This document shows, piece after piece, positions 8,689 through 16,663 of a stretch of DNA of 64,000 nucleotides. Every line of letters starts with the position of its first letter. Position 1 is the stretch's first letter. The notes under the pieces are model-generated. The model was not told the DNA's origin, did no database searches, and worked only from the letters and a program-made list of their open reading frames with translations. Location of the stretch: the IMG/VR virus record IMGVR_UViG_3300008255_000002; one strand, written 5' to 3'. The DNA is from a virus. A program made the position numbers and the translations under genes.

Positions 8689-9237
8689 TTAATTAATGTT
8701 TTCGTTTTCCTTTATCTGTTTTGCTGCATCGCGTAGCGCACTCACTCTAAAAGCATATAATGGACATGTTTTAACTGCACATCTCGCAACCTCAGCACTT
8801 TGATAATTACAACAATCAATACATTTCAAAATAACCGCTGATTTAAGTGATCCATTTTTCATTCTATCAATATGTGAATGAAACCGATCGGGGAACTCAT
8901 TATACATTTGTTCCCAATTAACATCTATCTTATCAATTTTATCTTTACGTGAACGTTTAACTATCTGACCATTAGCGCGAGCTATTGCTAATCGTTCGCC
9001 AGACTTCGCACCACGTTTACCTTTCGGAGTTTTAATTACATTATCAAGATTAAATTCTCTAACTCTTAGATATATAACTGCGCCGGTAACATGTTTATTT
9101 GTTGGAAATTTATTATTGAAATGGTCAGCGACATCATTATATAGTTCAGTTCTATTATTAAAAGTTTTATACATTTCAACTTCAGTAATAGCTTTTTCAA
9201 GCTTTTTCTTATCTACAAGTATCGTAATTCGCGCCAT
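8689..9237 (-). CDS. Phage protein with C-terminal Cys-rich Zn-binding motif
   Basis: AVILKCIDCCNYQSAEVARCAVKTCPLYAFR. Confidence 0.7.
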   Translation of the reverse strand: MARITILVDKKKLEKAITEVEMYKTFNNRTELYNDVADHFNNKFPTNKHVTGAVIYLRVREFNLDNVIKTPKGKRGAKSGERLAIARANGQIVKRSRKDKIDKIDVNWEQMYNEFPDRFHSHIDRMKNGSLKSAVILKCIDCCNYQSAEVARCAVKTCPLYAFRVSALRDAAKQIKENENIN

Positions 9238-9277
9238 GATGTTTTCTCCCTAAAGGAATGTTTTTTACCCAATAATC

Positions 9278-9312
9278 ATTGTACCACTATTTCTAGGATA
9301 GTCAAGAAAAAA
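9278..9312 (-). promoter_or_regulatory. Early promoter P7
   Basis: TTGACT, 16 bp, TGg TACAAT. Confidence 0.85.
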
Positions 9313-9567
9313 CTATACATTCTTTTTGAGGAGAATTTTACACATTAAAATACATTCGTCAATCCTTTCTTGTGCCCATGATGGAAAACTTTCGTGATAA
9401 TATCCGTTTTCATTTTTAATTTGTTCTACAATATTATTATCGATCGTTTCATTATTTACAAAATAATCAACAATATTCTCCCTTAAATCATTTATATTCT
9501 TATAGACCTTCTTATAGTAATACTTTTCGCTTTTATTATTCTTGGTTCTGCTAGTTCTTTTAGTCAT
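9313..9567 (-). CDS. Hypothetical protein
   Basis: 84-aa ORF. Confidence 0.5.
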   Translation of the reverse strand: MTKRTSRTKNNKSEKYYYKKVYKNINDLRENIVDYFVNNETIDNNIVEQIKNENGYYHESFPSWAQERIDECILMCKILLKKNV

Positions 9568-9619
9568 GATTTTTTAAAACTTGCTATAATACCCATAATG
9601 ATAGCTATTAAAATAATCA

Positions 9620-9910
9620 TTATAGGTATTTTATAAGTTCTCTCCCTAAAATATATTCAAGTGGATTAAATCTATAAAAGTCTTTTAGGTCCGGCTCAAT
9701 TTTAAAAATTGTTATCTCTTCACCTTCTGGTAGCCTATCTACAACCTCTTCAAAATTAATATCTACATATAGTTCTCTTGGGATATCAGATACAAAATTG
9801 TTAATTCGTTTAACTGCTTCTTCAAATCCAGGATAAATATATCCGCTATCATCAATTTCTTCGCCGGTTCCATATGGTCCATAATTACTATCGAAGTAGA
9901 TATAAGCCAT
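9620..9910 (-). CDS. Hypothetical acidic protein
   Basis: 96 aa; AGGGGG SD. Confidence 0.65.
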   Translation of the reverse strand: MAYIYFDSNYGPYGTGEEIDDSGYIYPGFEEAVKRINNFVSDIPRELYVDINFEEVVDRLPEGEEITIFKIEPDLKDFYRFNPLEYILGRELIKYL

Positions 9911-9913
9911 TAT

Positions 9914-10066
9914 TTATCCCCCTATAAATTGAATGTGTTTATCTATCATATGTTTGTGTCGCTTCGCGAATTTACTTATCGAGTAATCAGGATAACATAA
10001 CCTCCACACAATATAAAGTGTACGATCATTCAAAACCCAATTGATTCTACGTTTATAGTTATTCAT
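9914..10066 (-). CDS. Small hypothetical protein (50 aa, not in the ORF track)
   Basis: MNNYKRRINWVLNDRTLYIVWRL...IDKHIQFIGG*, translated by hand. Confidence 0.55.
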   Translation of the reverse strand: MNNYKRRINWVLNDRTLYIVWRLCYPDYSISKFAKRHKHMIDKHIQFIGG

Positions 10067-10134
10067 GTGTTTTTCTCTTTGTATGAATGAATTGGCATCC
10101 GTGCCACAAATTATATCCTCATGTTGATAATTGT

Positions 10135-11616
10135 TTACTTCGTCCGAATCAACTTACTAATCAATCGAAATGCGTATGTTTGAAGGTCTCTAGAAATATC
10201 GGTCGCACCACTATAGTGATGACTCAGTTCTTCAATACATGTTTGAGTTAACATATCGCCAAGATCATTAGATATATCCTCCCTAATATAAACCGTGTTG
10301 TCTCGATAGTATCCAAGTGTCGCGCCCTTTTCATCTGTAACTTGTCTATACAATTTAATATTCGGTCGTCCCTTATTGTTATCCATATCATTAGATTCGA
10401 TAACATTACAAATCTTATCAATTGTACACTTAACATTATCGTTACATGGAGAAATCTGCTTTCCTTCGATTTCATCAACATTCAAAACGGATGTTGGCGT
10501 TTTTACATAATTGTCCGTAAATACATTCTCAAAATTATCATCAATTAAAATTACGTTATGTCCGCGATCTTTGCACATTTCTGCAAGTAAAACACTACTC
10601 GTAACGACCGCATCCCCGAATACATTTTCACATGCATTCTTCCAATTATTCTTAATATTTTCATCATAAGAATTACGCGGATTAATGTTATATGAACTGA
10701 AGTTAGATTCAAATAGATCTTCATTTTTATTGATGACAACTTCCCTAATGAACATACTAATATTTTCAATTGATGATGCACGCAATGCTTCTGCCGCGTT
10801 ATCGTTTGCGGTATATGAATCAATAGTTCTGGACTCGTTTACTTTAATATCATTGATGTTATAATGGAACAAACTCGGCTTGCTAAATTCGCCTACCTTT
10901 ACACCCTTTCTATAGATATATGTCTTCTTATCATTTCGATTAAGAATCAACGTATCATTTTTGTTAAATGTACTTAAAAGACAGCGAAAATTCTTATATA
11001 GCTCGTTAATTGCATATTCTTCAATATCACTAATTAGTGGAATATAAACACGAATAAATCCATCTTTCGCCCGCGCCATTCTACCCTGCGTGGGAACAGT
11101 TTCGATCTTTACATTGTTATATGTACCGTTATACATTTGCGATCCATCACACGCATTAGATATGAATTCGCGCACACCCATACATACGTTATCCCAATCC
11201 AATTCACCAAATTTACTATCAATATTTAGATCGTATGTACAACCGTTTTGTTTCTTCATATATATCTTTTCTTGCCAATAATCATATCCAGAACCATCCT
11301 TAATATATTTCCCTTTAATCTCAAAGGTATAGACATCTTTCCCTAAACAAATCTTAACATAATCAAGTAGGCGGGGGTCGATATCACCATATTGGTTTTT
11401 CGTTACGTTTTTATTTGAGGGGGTGTGCTCGGTTAATCGGTAACTCATTTTAATACGTGAAAATAGGGCAATACTGTTGATTGCGCCACTACCAAATAAT
11501 CCTATAAGGTTATCAAAACCCCTTGATGTGCTTGTACCCAGGGTTGATAGTATCTCAATATCGGGAATATTTTGAATTTTGTTTTCGATCATAAGATAAC
11601 TTGTGAAACCGTTCAT
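10135..11616 (-). CDS. GHKL/Hsp90-like ATPase domain fused to a C-terminal zincin-like domain
   Basis: IGLFGSG and W...GVREFISNACD (GHKL motifs in permuted order); C-terminal TLGYY...VYI...IEELSHHYSGATD (EELSH instead of HEXXH). Confidence 0.65.
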   Translation of the reverse strand: MNGFTSYLMIENKIQNIPDIEILSTLGTSTSRGFDNLIGLFGSGAINSIALFSRIKMSYRLTEHTPSNKNVTKNQYGDIDPRLLDYVKICLGKDVYTFEIKGKYIKDGSGYDYWQEKIYMKKQNGCTYDLNIDSKFGELDWDNVCMGVREFISNACDGSQMYNGTYNNVKIETVPTQGRMARAKDGFIRVYIPLISDIEEYAINELYKNFRCLLSTFNKNDTLILNRNDKKTYIYRKGVKVGEFSKPSLFHYNINDIKVNESRTIDSYTANDNAAEALRASSIENISMFIREVVINKNEDLFESNFSSYNINPRNSYDENIKNNWKNACENVFGDAVVTSSVLLAEMCKDRGHNVILIDDNFENVFTDNYVKTPTSVLNVDEIEGKQISPCNDNVKCTIDKICNVIESNDMDNNKGRPNIKLYRQVTDEKGATLGYYRDNTVYIREDISNDLGDMLTQTCIEELSHHYSGATDISRDLQTYAFRLISKLIRTK

Positions 11617-11673
11617 GTTTTGGTTTTCCTTCTAGTGGTTCTGAGGTTCTGAAATGTAAAATCCGACTGTTTC

Positions 11674-11710
11674 AGTCTAACATGGAATCGGGGATAGTCA
11701 AGAAAAATTT
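11674..11710 (-). promoter_or_regulatory. Early promoter P8
   Basis: TTGACT, 16 bp, TGt TAGACT. Confidence 0.8.
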
Positions 11711-11780
11711 TGCCGATTTTGGGTATAAAATGGATAGTATATATACATTTAGTTAAAATTTCTCCGGGTGGATATCCAAT

Positions 11781-12050
11781 ATGCATGGACAATCTTTTAA
11801 AATACATGTTGAAGTTGATGAAAATGAGATTTATAGATTAATTGATGAGATGGATAACGAGTCTCGATTAAAGATTTTTGAATATATTGAGTCTAAAATT
11901 GATGGCGAAAAATTTAAAGGTATTGATAAGATTGGTAATAGGTGGCGTGCCAGAATCACACATAAAAAGAAAACATATAATTTGGGATATTTTAAAAATA
12001 AATCTGATGCTAATGAAGCATATAATAAAAAAAGAAATGAATTAGAATAA
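11781..12050 (+). CDS. AP2-domain DNA-binding protein
   Basis: FKGIDKIGNRWRARIT...YNLGYFKNKSDANEAYN. Confidence 0.75.
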   Translation: MHGQSFKIHVEVDENEIYRLIDEMDNESRLKIFEYIESKIDGEKFKGIDKIGNRWRARITHKKKTYNLGYFKNKSDANEAYNKKRNELE

Positions 12051-12251
12051 TATATATTACATTTCGATGCGAAGTGGTAGTTTATATCAACTTTCCCTTG
12101 TTATTTTTTTTTAAACGGTATCTAATAATAAATATATCATAGAATGGGGCGACATCAGTATGTAATGGTGTAATTATATGGGCACTTGCGGCGGGATAGA
12201 TTAAAATGTGATGAAATAAAAAAGCCGCCCGAAATTAATCGATAATCAATT

Positions 12252-12374
12252 CTAAATCATCATAGTACAGTTATTTCCAAATTTCACTTCATAATAAATC
12301 TCTCCCCAACTTTTGATATGTGGATTGTTCTGTCTTAGATATTTAATTACGTCTTCAAGTGAATGATTCGACAT
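12252..12374 (-). CDS. Small hypothetical protein (40 aa)
   Basis: GGGAGG SD before the ATG at 12374; the ORF-track extension to 12617 is unlikely. Confidence 0.5.
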   Translation of the reverse strand: MSNHSLEDVIKYLRQNNPHIKSWGEIYYEVKFGNNCTMMI

Positions 12375-12632
12375 TTTTAAATCCCTCCCGTTGTGGTGTT
12401 TATGGTGCCGCTTCCAAATTGTCCGAATATTTTGACTTGATATGTATAATTCTACCCTGCCACATATTGGTATAATGATAAAAAAGGAATGGCGGGATTG
12501 TTTTATTGATATATGAAAAAGGATTCTGCCGAATTGACCAACTACATGTCGATATGAGCATCGGTGCCGAGAAGGATTTAGATATGTTGAATTAAGGGGT
12601 TGTGGTGCTGGAACCAAATTGCCCTAATGTAT

Positions 12633-12664
12633 AAAAAAAGGGACGCCCCGAAGGACGCCCCTTT
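12633..12664 (-). terminator. Intrinsic terminator
   Basis: AAAGGGGCGTCC-TTCG-GGGCGTCCCTTT followed by a T-run. Confidence 0.85.
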
Positions 12665-12708
12665 ATATATTTACTTTTTTATAGAATTTTGTTTTTTTTA
12701 TTAGTTAA

Positions 12709-13038
12709 TTAGTGTAGTCGTCCCGAGTTTGTCCAACTGTTAATAACTTCATATTTATTCTTATTAATACGTCGCACTCCGCGCCTCACAAATCCCGCAT
12801 AAGGATTTCCACATATATTACAAGTGTGCCCGGTTGATGCCAATTTTACATTCTTAATTAAGCGTCCCTTTATACTTGCGTTTCGGCAAGCCTTGCACTT
12901 ATGATAATTTGCAAACTTCTGAACAGAATAATATTTATTTCCATTTACATCATGCTCAAAGATTACCTCCTCCCCTAAACCAATAAAAATATTTGCGTCC
13001 ATTGCGTCCATTGCTTCTCTCACGGTTCTTTTTAACAT
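12709..13038 (-). CDS. Zn-finger hypothetical protein
   Basis: CKAC...CNIC; GGAGG SD. Confidence 0.65.
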   Translation of the reverse strand: MLKRTVREAMDAMDANIFIGLGEEVIFEHDVNGNKYYSVQKFANYHKCKACRNASIKGRLIKNVKLASTGHTCNICGNPYAGFVRRGVRRINKNKYEVINSWTNSGRLH

Positions 13039-13092
13039 TAGTTCGTCCCTCCAAATGTGTCGTGGTTCCTTGTCTAAATCAGCACACTATCA

Positions 13093-13130
13093 ATCTTACC
13101 ACAAATTCCACCATAGTCAAGAAAATTTTC
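13093..13130 (-). promoter_or_regulatory. Early promoter P9
   Basis: GAAAATTTTC TTGACT, 16 bp, TGg TAAGAT. Confidence 0.8.
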
Positions 13131-13365
13131 ACTGTCACGCTCATTTTGCGATCAATACGCGGCAGCACGGATTTAAAGACGTGGCAACTTCTTCTTTAGG
13201 GAGAGCACACTACCAATAATTAAAGCTATAATAATCATAGTTGATTATCCTTACGACTAAGCATATCGTGACTTGTTTTCATCTTGTAGAAACGTCCATA
13301 CTTGAATAAAGACATGTTAATTCCTCCATTGTGGCTCTGTACTCTGAAATCTAGTCCACTATAGT

Positions 13366-13402
13366 ATTTTACCAGACTTCCAAGGATAGTCAAGAAAATT
13401 TT
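13366..13402 (-). promoter_or_regulatory. Early promoter P10, upstream of a 26-aa ORF at 13235-13315
   Basis: TTGACT, 16 bp, TGg TAAAAT; GGAGG SD. Confidence 0.8.
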
Positions 13403-13519
13403 GGTGGTTTTATCTTTTGATATTTTAAGACATCAATTCATGTGCATGTGTGGCGGGCGGCATCTACATATGTTAAAACGTGGATTCTAAATTTATCGTC
13501 TATTTTTCCAAAAAAGTAT

Positions 13520-13547
13520 TTGCCTATCGTGCATTCTATGGTATATT
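13520..13547 (+). promoter_or_regulatory. Early promoter P11, divergent from P10
   Basis: TTGCCT, 16 bp, TGg TATATT. Confidence 0.75.
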
Positions 13548-13610
13548 GTATTTGTGAGTGATGAATGTCATCGCTCGCGAGATACGGAACACAAGACTGG
13601 AGAACAAAAC

Positions 13611-13988
13611 ATGAGCAAGTTTAATTCCGACAAGGCACAGCGACTTTCCCGTACCTTGAAGCTAGTCGCCGACCCCAACCGTATGCAAGCATTGGCATAT
13701 CTTTATGTCAACGGCGACACAAGCGTCGGTGCATTGTGCTCTGCTATCGGTGTCAGTCAACCGAATTTGAGTATCAATTTGAGAAACTTGTTGATGGTTG
13801 ATATTGTTAATCAGAGGCGCGACGGTAAGAATATGTATTATAGCTTGAACAAACACAGTGAACACTATTCAAGAATAAGGGGTCTCTTGAATGATGTTCT
13901 CGATGATGAGTCTGAAGCCGCGCCCAAAAAGCCAAAGGTGAACAAGTCAAAGAATGTTGATGTTTCGACTGAACTGGTCGAAGTCTAA
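13611..13988 (+). CDS. ArsR/SmtB-family transcriptional regulator
   Basis: LKLVADPNRMQAL...SVGALCSAIGVSQPNLSINL...V.QRRDGKNMYYSL; GGAG SD before 13611. Confidence 0.9.
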   Translation: MSKFNSDKAQRLSRTLKLVADPNRMQALAYLYVNGDTSVGALCSAIGVSQPNLSINLRNLLMVDIVNQRRDGKNMYYSLNKHSEHYSRIRGLLNDVLDDESEAAPKKPKVNKSKNVDVSTELVEV

Positions 13989-14008
13989 CATATAACGACG
14001 TGCCTTAT

Positions 14009-14047
14009 GACCGGGGTGAGCATATTGCTCGTCTCGGTCCTTTTTTA
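14009..14047 (+). terminator. Intrinsic terminator
   Basis: GACCGGGGTGAGC-ATATT-GCTCGTCTCGGTC, then C and T7. Confidence 0.85.
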
Positions 14048-14149
14048 TATATCATATATCAAGATATGTTCATATGTCCATCCGTGACGCACAAGTTGAA
14101 CTGATGTAGATTTGTGTATATATGGATTTCACAGAAAATTATTTTTTTC

Positions 14150-14177
14150 TTGCCTATGCTGGAAATTATGGTATCCT
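14150..14177 (+). promoter_or_regulatory. Early promoter P12
   Basis: TTTTC TTGCCT, 16 bp, TGg TATCCT. Confidence 0.75.
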
Positions 14178-14236
14178 ATTAAGTGTAGGGTTTAACGTTG
14201 AATCCTACTAGCTGACACCATTGATGAGGATTAGAC

Positions 14237-14458
14237 ATGAATGCATTTCAGATTGGAATCGGTGACTTGTTTCCTGCATTCGGACGTGATTACAAGAACA
14301 AGAAGCAGATTCAAGAGGATTTTGATGCGAATAAGGATTTTGTCGATAGTGTGAGTGATAGATATGTAAACAAGTCTCAATTGAAGGAGTTAGGCGTTAC
14401 GCGCGTCATGGTGCGATACGCAAAGAAGACGAAACTTACAGACATCAAGGTTTCTTGA
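14237..14458 (+). CDS. Small conserved phage protein
   Basis: PAFGRDYKNKK...DFDANKDF...VRY; has its own promoter, SD and terminator. Confidence 0.75.
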   Translation: MNAFQIGIGDLFPAFGRDYKNKKQIQEDFDANKDFVDSVSDRYVNKSQLKELGVTRVMVRYAKKTKLTDIKVS

Positions 14459-14464
14459 TAGGTT

Positions 14465-14500
14465 TCCCCGGCATGCTTCGGCTTGTCGGGGATTCTTTTT
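14465..14500 (+). terminator. Intrinsic terminator
   Basis: TCCCCGGCATGC-TTCG-GCTTGTCGGGGA followed by TTCTTTTT. Confidence 0.85.
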
Positions 14501-14642
14501 GCGCATATATATAAAAATGTCTTGATACAATAATATAGCCATCAATACATATGTTTGCGCGCACATATCAAATTATCTACATAGTATTTCTCCCTAACAC
14601 AAGTATTTGGCGATCAATACATATCAACACATAAGCATAAGC

Positions 14643-14740
14643 GGCGATATACATTTACTAATGGACATATCTACATACGTGGCGATATACATTTACTAAT
14701 GGACATATCTACATACGTGGCGATATACATCTACTGATGG
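14643..14740. repeat. 38-bp tandem repeat, about 2.5 copies
   Basis: GGCGATATACATTTACTAATGGACATATCTACATACGT at 14643 and 14681; degenerate third copy from 14719. Confidence 0.9.
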
Positions 14741-14810
14741 TGATATTTAGTTATGTGCATGCGTGGCGAACAAGGTTCGCTGATGTGAACATCTCTTTAT
14801 ATGTTAGCGC

Positions 14811-14849
14811 AAAAGAAAAGATCCGCCCACCCTTTCGGATAGACGGATC
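14811..14849 (-). terminator. Intrinsic terminator ending the 16.66-14.8 kb operon
   Basis: GATCCGTCTATCC-GAAA-GGGTGGGCGGATC followed by TTTTCTTTT. Confidence 0.85.
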
Positions 14850-14855
14850 ATTATA

Positions 14856-15077
14856 TCATACCATCAATCGAATCTCTCCAGTGTCCATGATGCAAACTTC
14901 AGCATATTCTGTTATCAGTGGATCAAACGATTTTATCATTTCAAAATATGCAACCAATGTTAAATCATCCTGAATAGGATTGTTATTAATACCTAACATC
15001 ATGGTATGTTCATGATTGATGCCGGGGAATTTCTTTTCGACTAGACTAAACATCTCGATAATCTGAAGCTTGTTCAT
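14856..15077 (-). CDS. Hypothetical protein
   Basis: 73 aa; GGGAGATTGA SD region shared with neighbouring genes. Confidence 0.7.
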   Translation of the reverse strand: MNKLQIIEMFSLVEKKFPGINHEHTMMLGINNNPIQDDLTLVAYFEMIKSFDPLITEYAEVCIMDTGEIRLMV

Positions 15078-15098
15078 CTCTCAATCTCCCAACGAAAC

Positions 15099-15226
15099 GT
15101 CTCGCGCGAAATGCGCTCGACAAGTAAGTATGCCACCATATTTCAGATGGCATACCTATAAATCAATTCGAACTAGTAACGCGCTAGTTCATTGGACACG
15201 TATAAATGATTTCATCATACGTGCCC
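15099..15226 (-). repeat. Two adjacent twin-hairpin elements (E4 15099-15158, E3 15169-15226)
   Basis: Each is a long hairpin with a GAAA-containing loop followed by a second hairpin (TGAACTAG...CTAGTTCGAATT in E3; more degenerate in E4). Confidence 0.7.
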
Positions 15227-15232
15227 GTTCTC

Positions 15233-15385
15233 TCAATCGATGATCAATCGCGATAACTTATAAACATCCGGTTGCGTTCCTAGAAACCGTCTAGCGTCTC
15301 TTGCTTGACGCCATTTTTTGTACCATTCGCGACGGATCTTGTCAGTAGAATGCCGACGCTTTCGTGTTGCTTCCCCTGCGCTCAT
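15233..15385 (-). CDS. Small basic protein (50 aa, not in the ORF track)
   Basis: MSAGEATRKRRHSTDKIRREWYKKWRQARDARR...; ATGA overlap with the upstream ORF. Confidence 0.55.
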   Translation of the reverse strand: MSAGEATRKRRHSTDKIRREWYKKWRQARDARRFLGTQPDVYKLSRLIID

Positions 15386-15516
15386 TTTGATAGCTCCAAT
15401 GCAACGTCATAGAAACGTGTGAACATTTGAACCGCGTTAACAACTATGATCATGGACATCGCCACGACCGCACTGATGAACACCAGCGCATGAGTCGTTC
15501 CCTGGAATCCTCTCAT
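15382..15516 (-). CDS. Small membrane peptide (44 aa, not in the ORF track)
   Basis: MRGFQGTTHALVFISAVVAMSMIIVVNAVQMF...; AGGGG SD. Confidence 0.6.
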   Translation of the reverse strand: MRGFQGTTHALVFISAVVAMSMIIVVNAVQMFTRFYDVALELSK

Positions 15517-15547
15517 GATTCAATCCCCTAATCAAACGGTTCCAATT

Positions 15548-15604
15548 CGAGCCTAGACGCTCTAGACTCAATAAGCGCCATGCCCTTTCGAGCATGACGC
15601 CTAT
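15548..15604 (-). repeat. Twin-hairpin element E2
   Basis: ATAGGCGTCATGCTC-GAAA-GGGCATGGCGCTTAT, then TGAGTCTAGA-GCG-TCTAGGCTCG AATT. Confidence 0.8.
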
Positions 15605-15610
15605 AACATA

Positions 15611-15898
15611 TCAATGGTTGTAAAGTCTCTTGACCTCGCGCTCATTCGCTTGGTTGTCGTGATAAACATCTCTGAGTCTACCACGCAGGATTCGCGCGGT
15701 TTTCACCGAATCGCGACTCATGAAAACATGCTGAATTGCGAACGGCGTTTTGATGTGAATGATCGTCTCGTCGCCTGCGCCGCTCGCATGATATGTCCCC
15801 GGCTTGATCTCAACACGCTCAATTGTTGTGTCTTTCTTTCCCTGCACAACGATGGTTCCGATTGTCGGTTCTTGAATCGTGATTGCATATGCACGCAT
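15611..15898 (-). CDS. Hypothetical protein
   Basis: GGGAGATTGATC ATG at 15898; the ORF-track extension runs through hairpin E1. Confidence 0.65.
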   Translation of the reverse strand: MRAYAITIQEPTIGTIVVQGKKDTTIERVEIKPGTYHASGAGDETIIHIKTPFAIQHVFMSRDSVKTARILRGRLRDVYHDNQANEREVKRLYNH

Positions 15899-15933
15899 GA
15901 TCAATCTCCCATGCCTACGGCATTTTGCGGAAT

Positions 15934-15992
15934 CGAGCCTAGCCAATCTAGACTCAGATGCTACGCATCCACATTTAAGAATGCGTAGCATT
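15934..15992 (-). repeat. Twin-hairpin element E1
   Basis: ATGCTACGCATTC-TTAAATGT-GGATGCGTAGCAT, then TGAGTCTAG-ATTGG-CTAGGCTCG ATT. Confidence 0.8.
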
Positions 15993-15995
15993 CGA

Positions 15996-16349
15996 TCATT
16001 TTTCGTACCACATGCTTTTCGCATGAATTGGTGTTGATGTGTTCTGTTGAGTGTACGGTTGATTTTCCCATGTTCCTCCAATAAACTTGGCTTCATGCCA
16101 TGTCAATGAAAGCCTGTTAATCGGTTTTAACCATTTCGGATCGATCTTTTTCGGATCAACGTATAGTAATCCGAATTGATCTAGGTTTACCGTTCCCTCC
16201 GATTGATCTCGAAAGCATTGATAGTCAATCTCAATTCCAGAGGGCATGTAGATTTTTCTCCCCTTTAGGGTAGTGGCGAAAATTTGCTTACCCTTGGGAA
16301 CAACAAGTTTAAACCGTAGAATGTCCGAATTGCGATGATTGATCGCCAT
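15996..16349 (-). CDS. Hypothetical protein
   Basis: AAGGGGA SD before the ATG at 16349. Confidence 0.65.
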   Translation of the reverse strand: MAINHRNSDILRFKLVVPKGKQIFATTLKGRKIYMPSGIEIDYQCFRDQSEGTVNLDQFGLLYVDPKKIDPKWLKPINRLSLTWHEAKFIGGTWENQPYTQQNTSTPIHAKSMWYEK

Positions 16350-16405
16350 TGTTCCAAATCCCCTTGATCCCATGAAAAGCCGATTATACGTTATAATCAG
16401 CATAC

Positions 16406-16467
16406 GGAATGCACGGAATCGAACCGTGAAACATGAAAACATGCTTGCGCGCCTATCGCACCATTCC
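16406..16467 (-). ncRNA. 62-nt tRNA-like cloverleaf with no anticodon loop
   Basis: GGAATG GTGCG-ATAGG-CGCGC AAGCATG-TTTT-CATGTTT CACGG-TTCGATT-CCGTG CATTCC. Confidence 0.65.
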
Positions 16468-16496
16468 TTTAGGGGAGATTTTGCGTTTCTTAAACG

Positions 16497-16616
16497 CTTG
16501 CTTGACCTGTCATATGAACGTTCTCTTATGGTATTACGTTATGCTCTAAACATAATTCAGGATTGTTCAGATCCAGCAATAAGCATAAGATACTTGCTCG
16601 CATGCGGGTTTCAAGC
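16497..16616 (-). ncRNA. Branched structured RNA in the operon leader
   Basis: Nested stems GCTTGA/TCAAGC, TCTTATG/CATAAGA, TATTGC/GTAATA, GGAT/ATCC and TTATGT/GCATAA. Confidence 0.5.
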
Positions 16617-16621
16617 TTTCG

Positions 16622-16656
16622 AGTTTTCAAAGATCGTTTGACGGTTTCTCGCCGTC
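16622..16656 (-). promoter_or_regulatory. rRNA-leader-like boxB hairpin plus boxA antitermination signal
   Basis: GACGG-CGAGAAA-CCGTC, AAAC, then GATCTTTGAAAACT, immediately after the P13 -10 box. Confidence 0.7.
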
Positions 16657-16663
16657 TGTTCCC

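Noticed and set aside
65-13400. Dispersed GATAGTCAAGAAAA repeats as CRISPR repeats or attC sites
   Set aside because: Spacing is irregular and each copy has a correctly placed -10, so they are promoters.
8594-14090. GCRTC(C/G)GTGCC at 8594, 10095 and 12558 (weaker at 14079) as sigma54 promoters
   Set aside because: The -12 TTGC is missing and there are too few copies to define a motif.
14643-14740. 38-bp repeat as a CRISPR array
   Set aside because: The copies are head-to-tail with no unique spacers, and no cas genes are present.
15614-16641. Plus-strand ORFs 15614-15988 and 16339-16641
   Set aside because: They are shadows of minus-strand genes and RNA stems; SDs, promoter and G-U pairs all indicate the minus strand.
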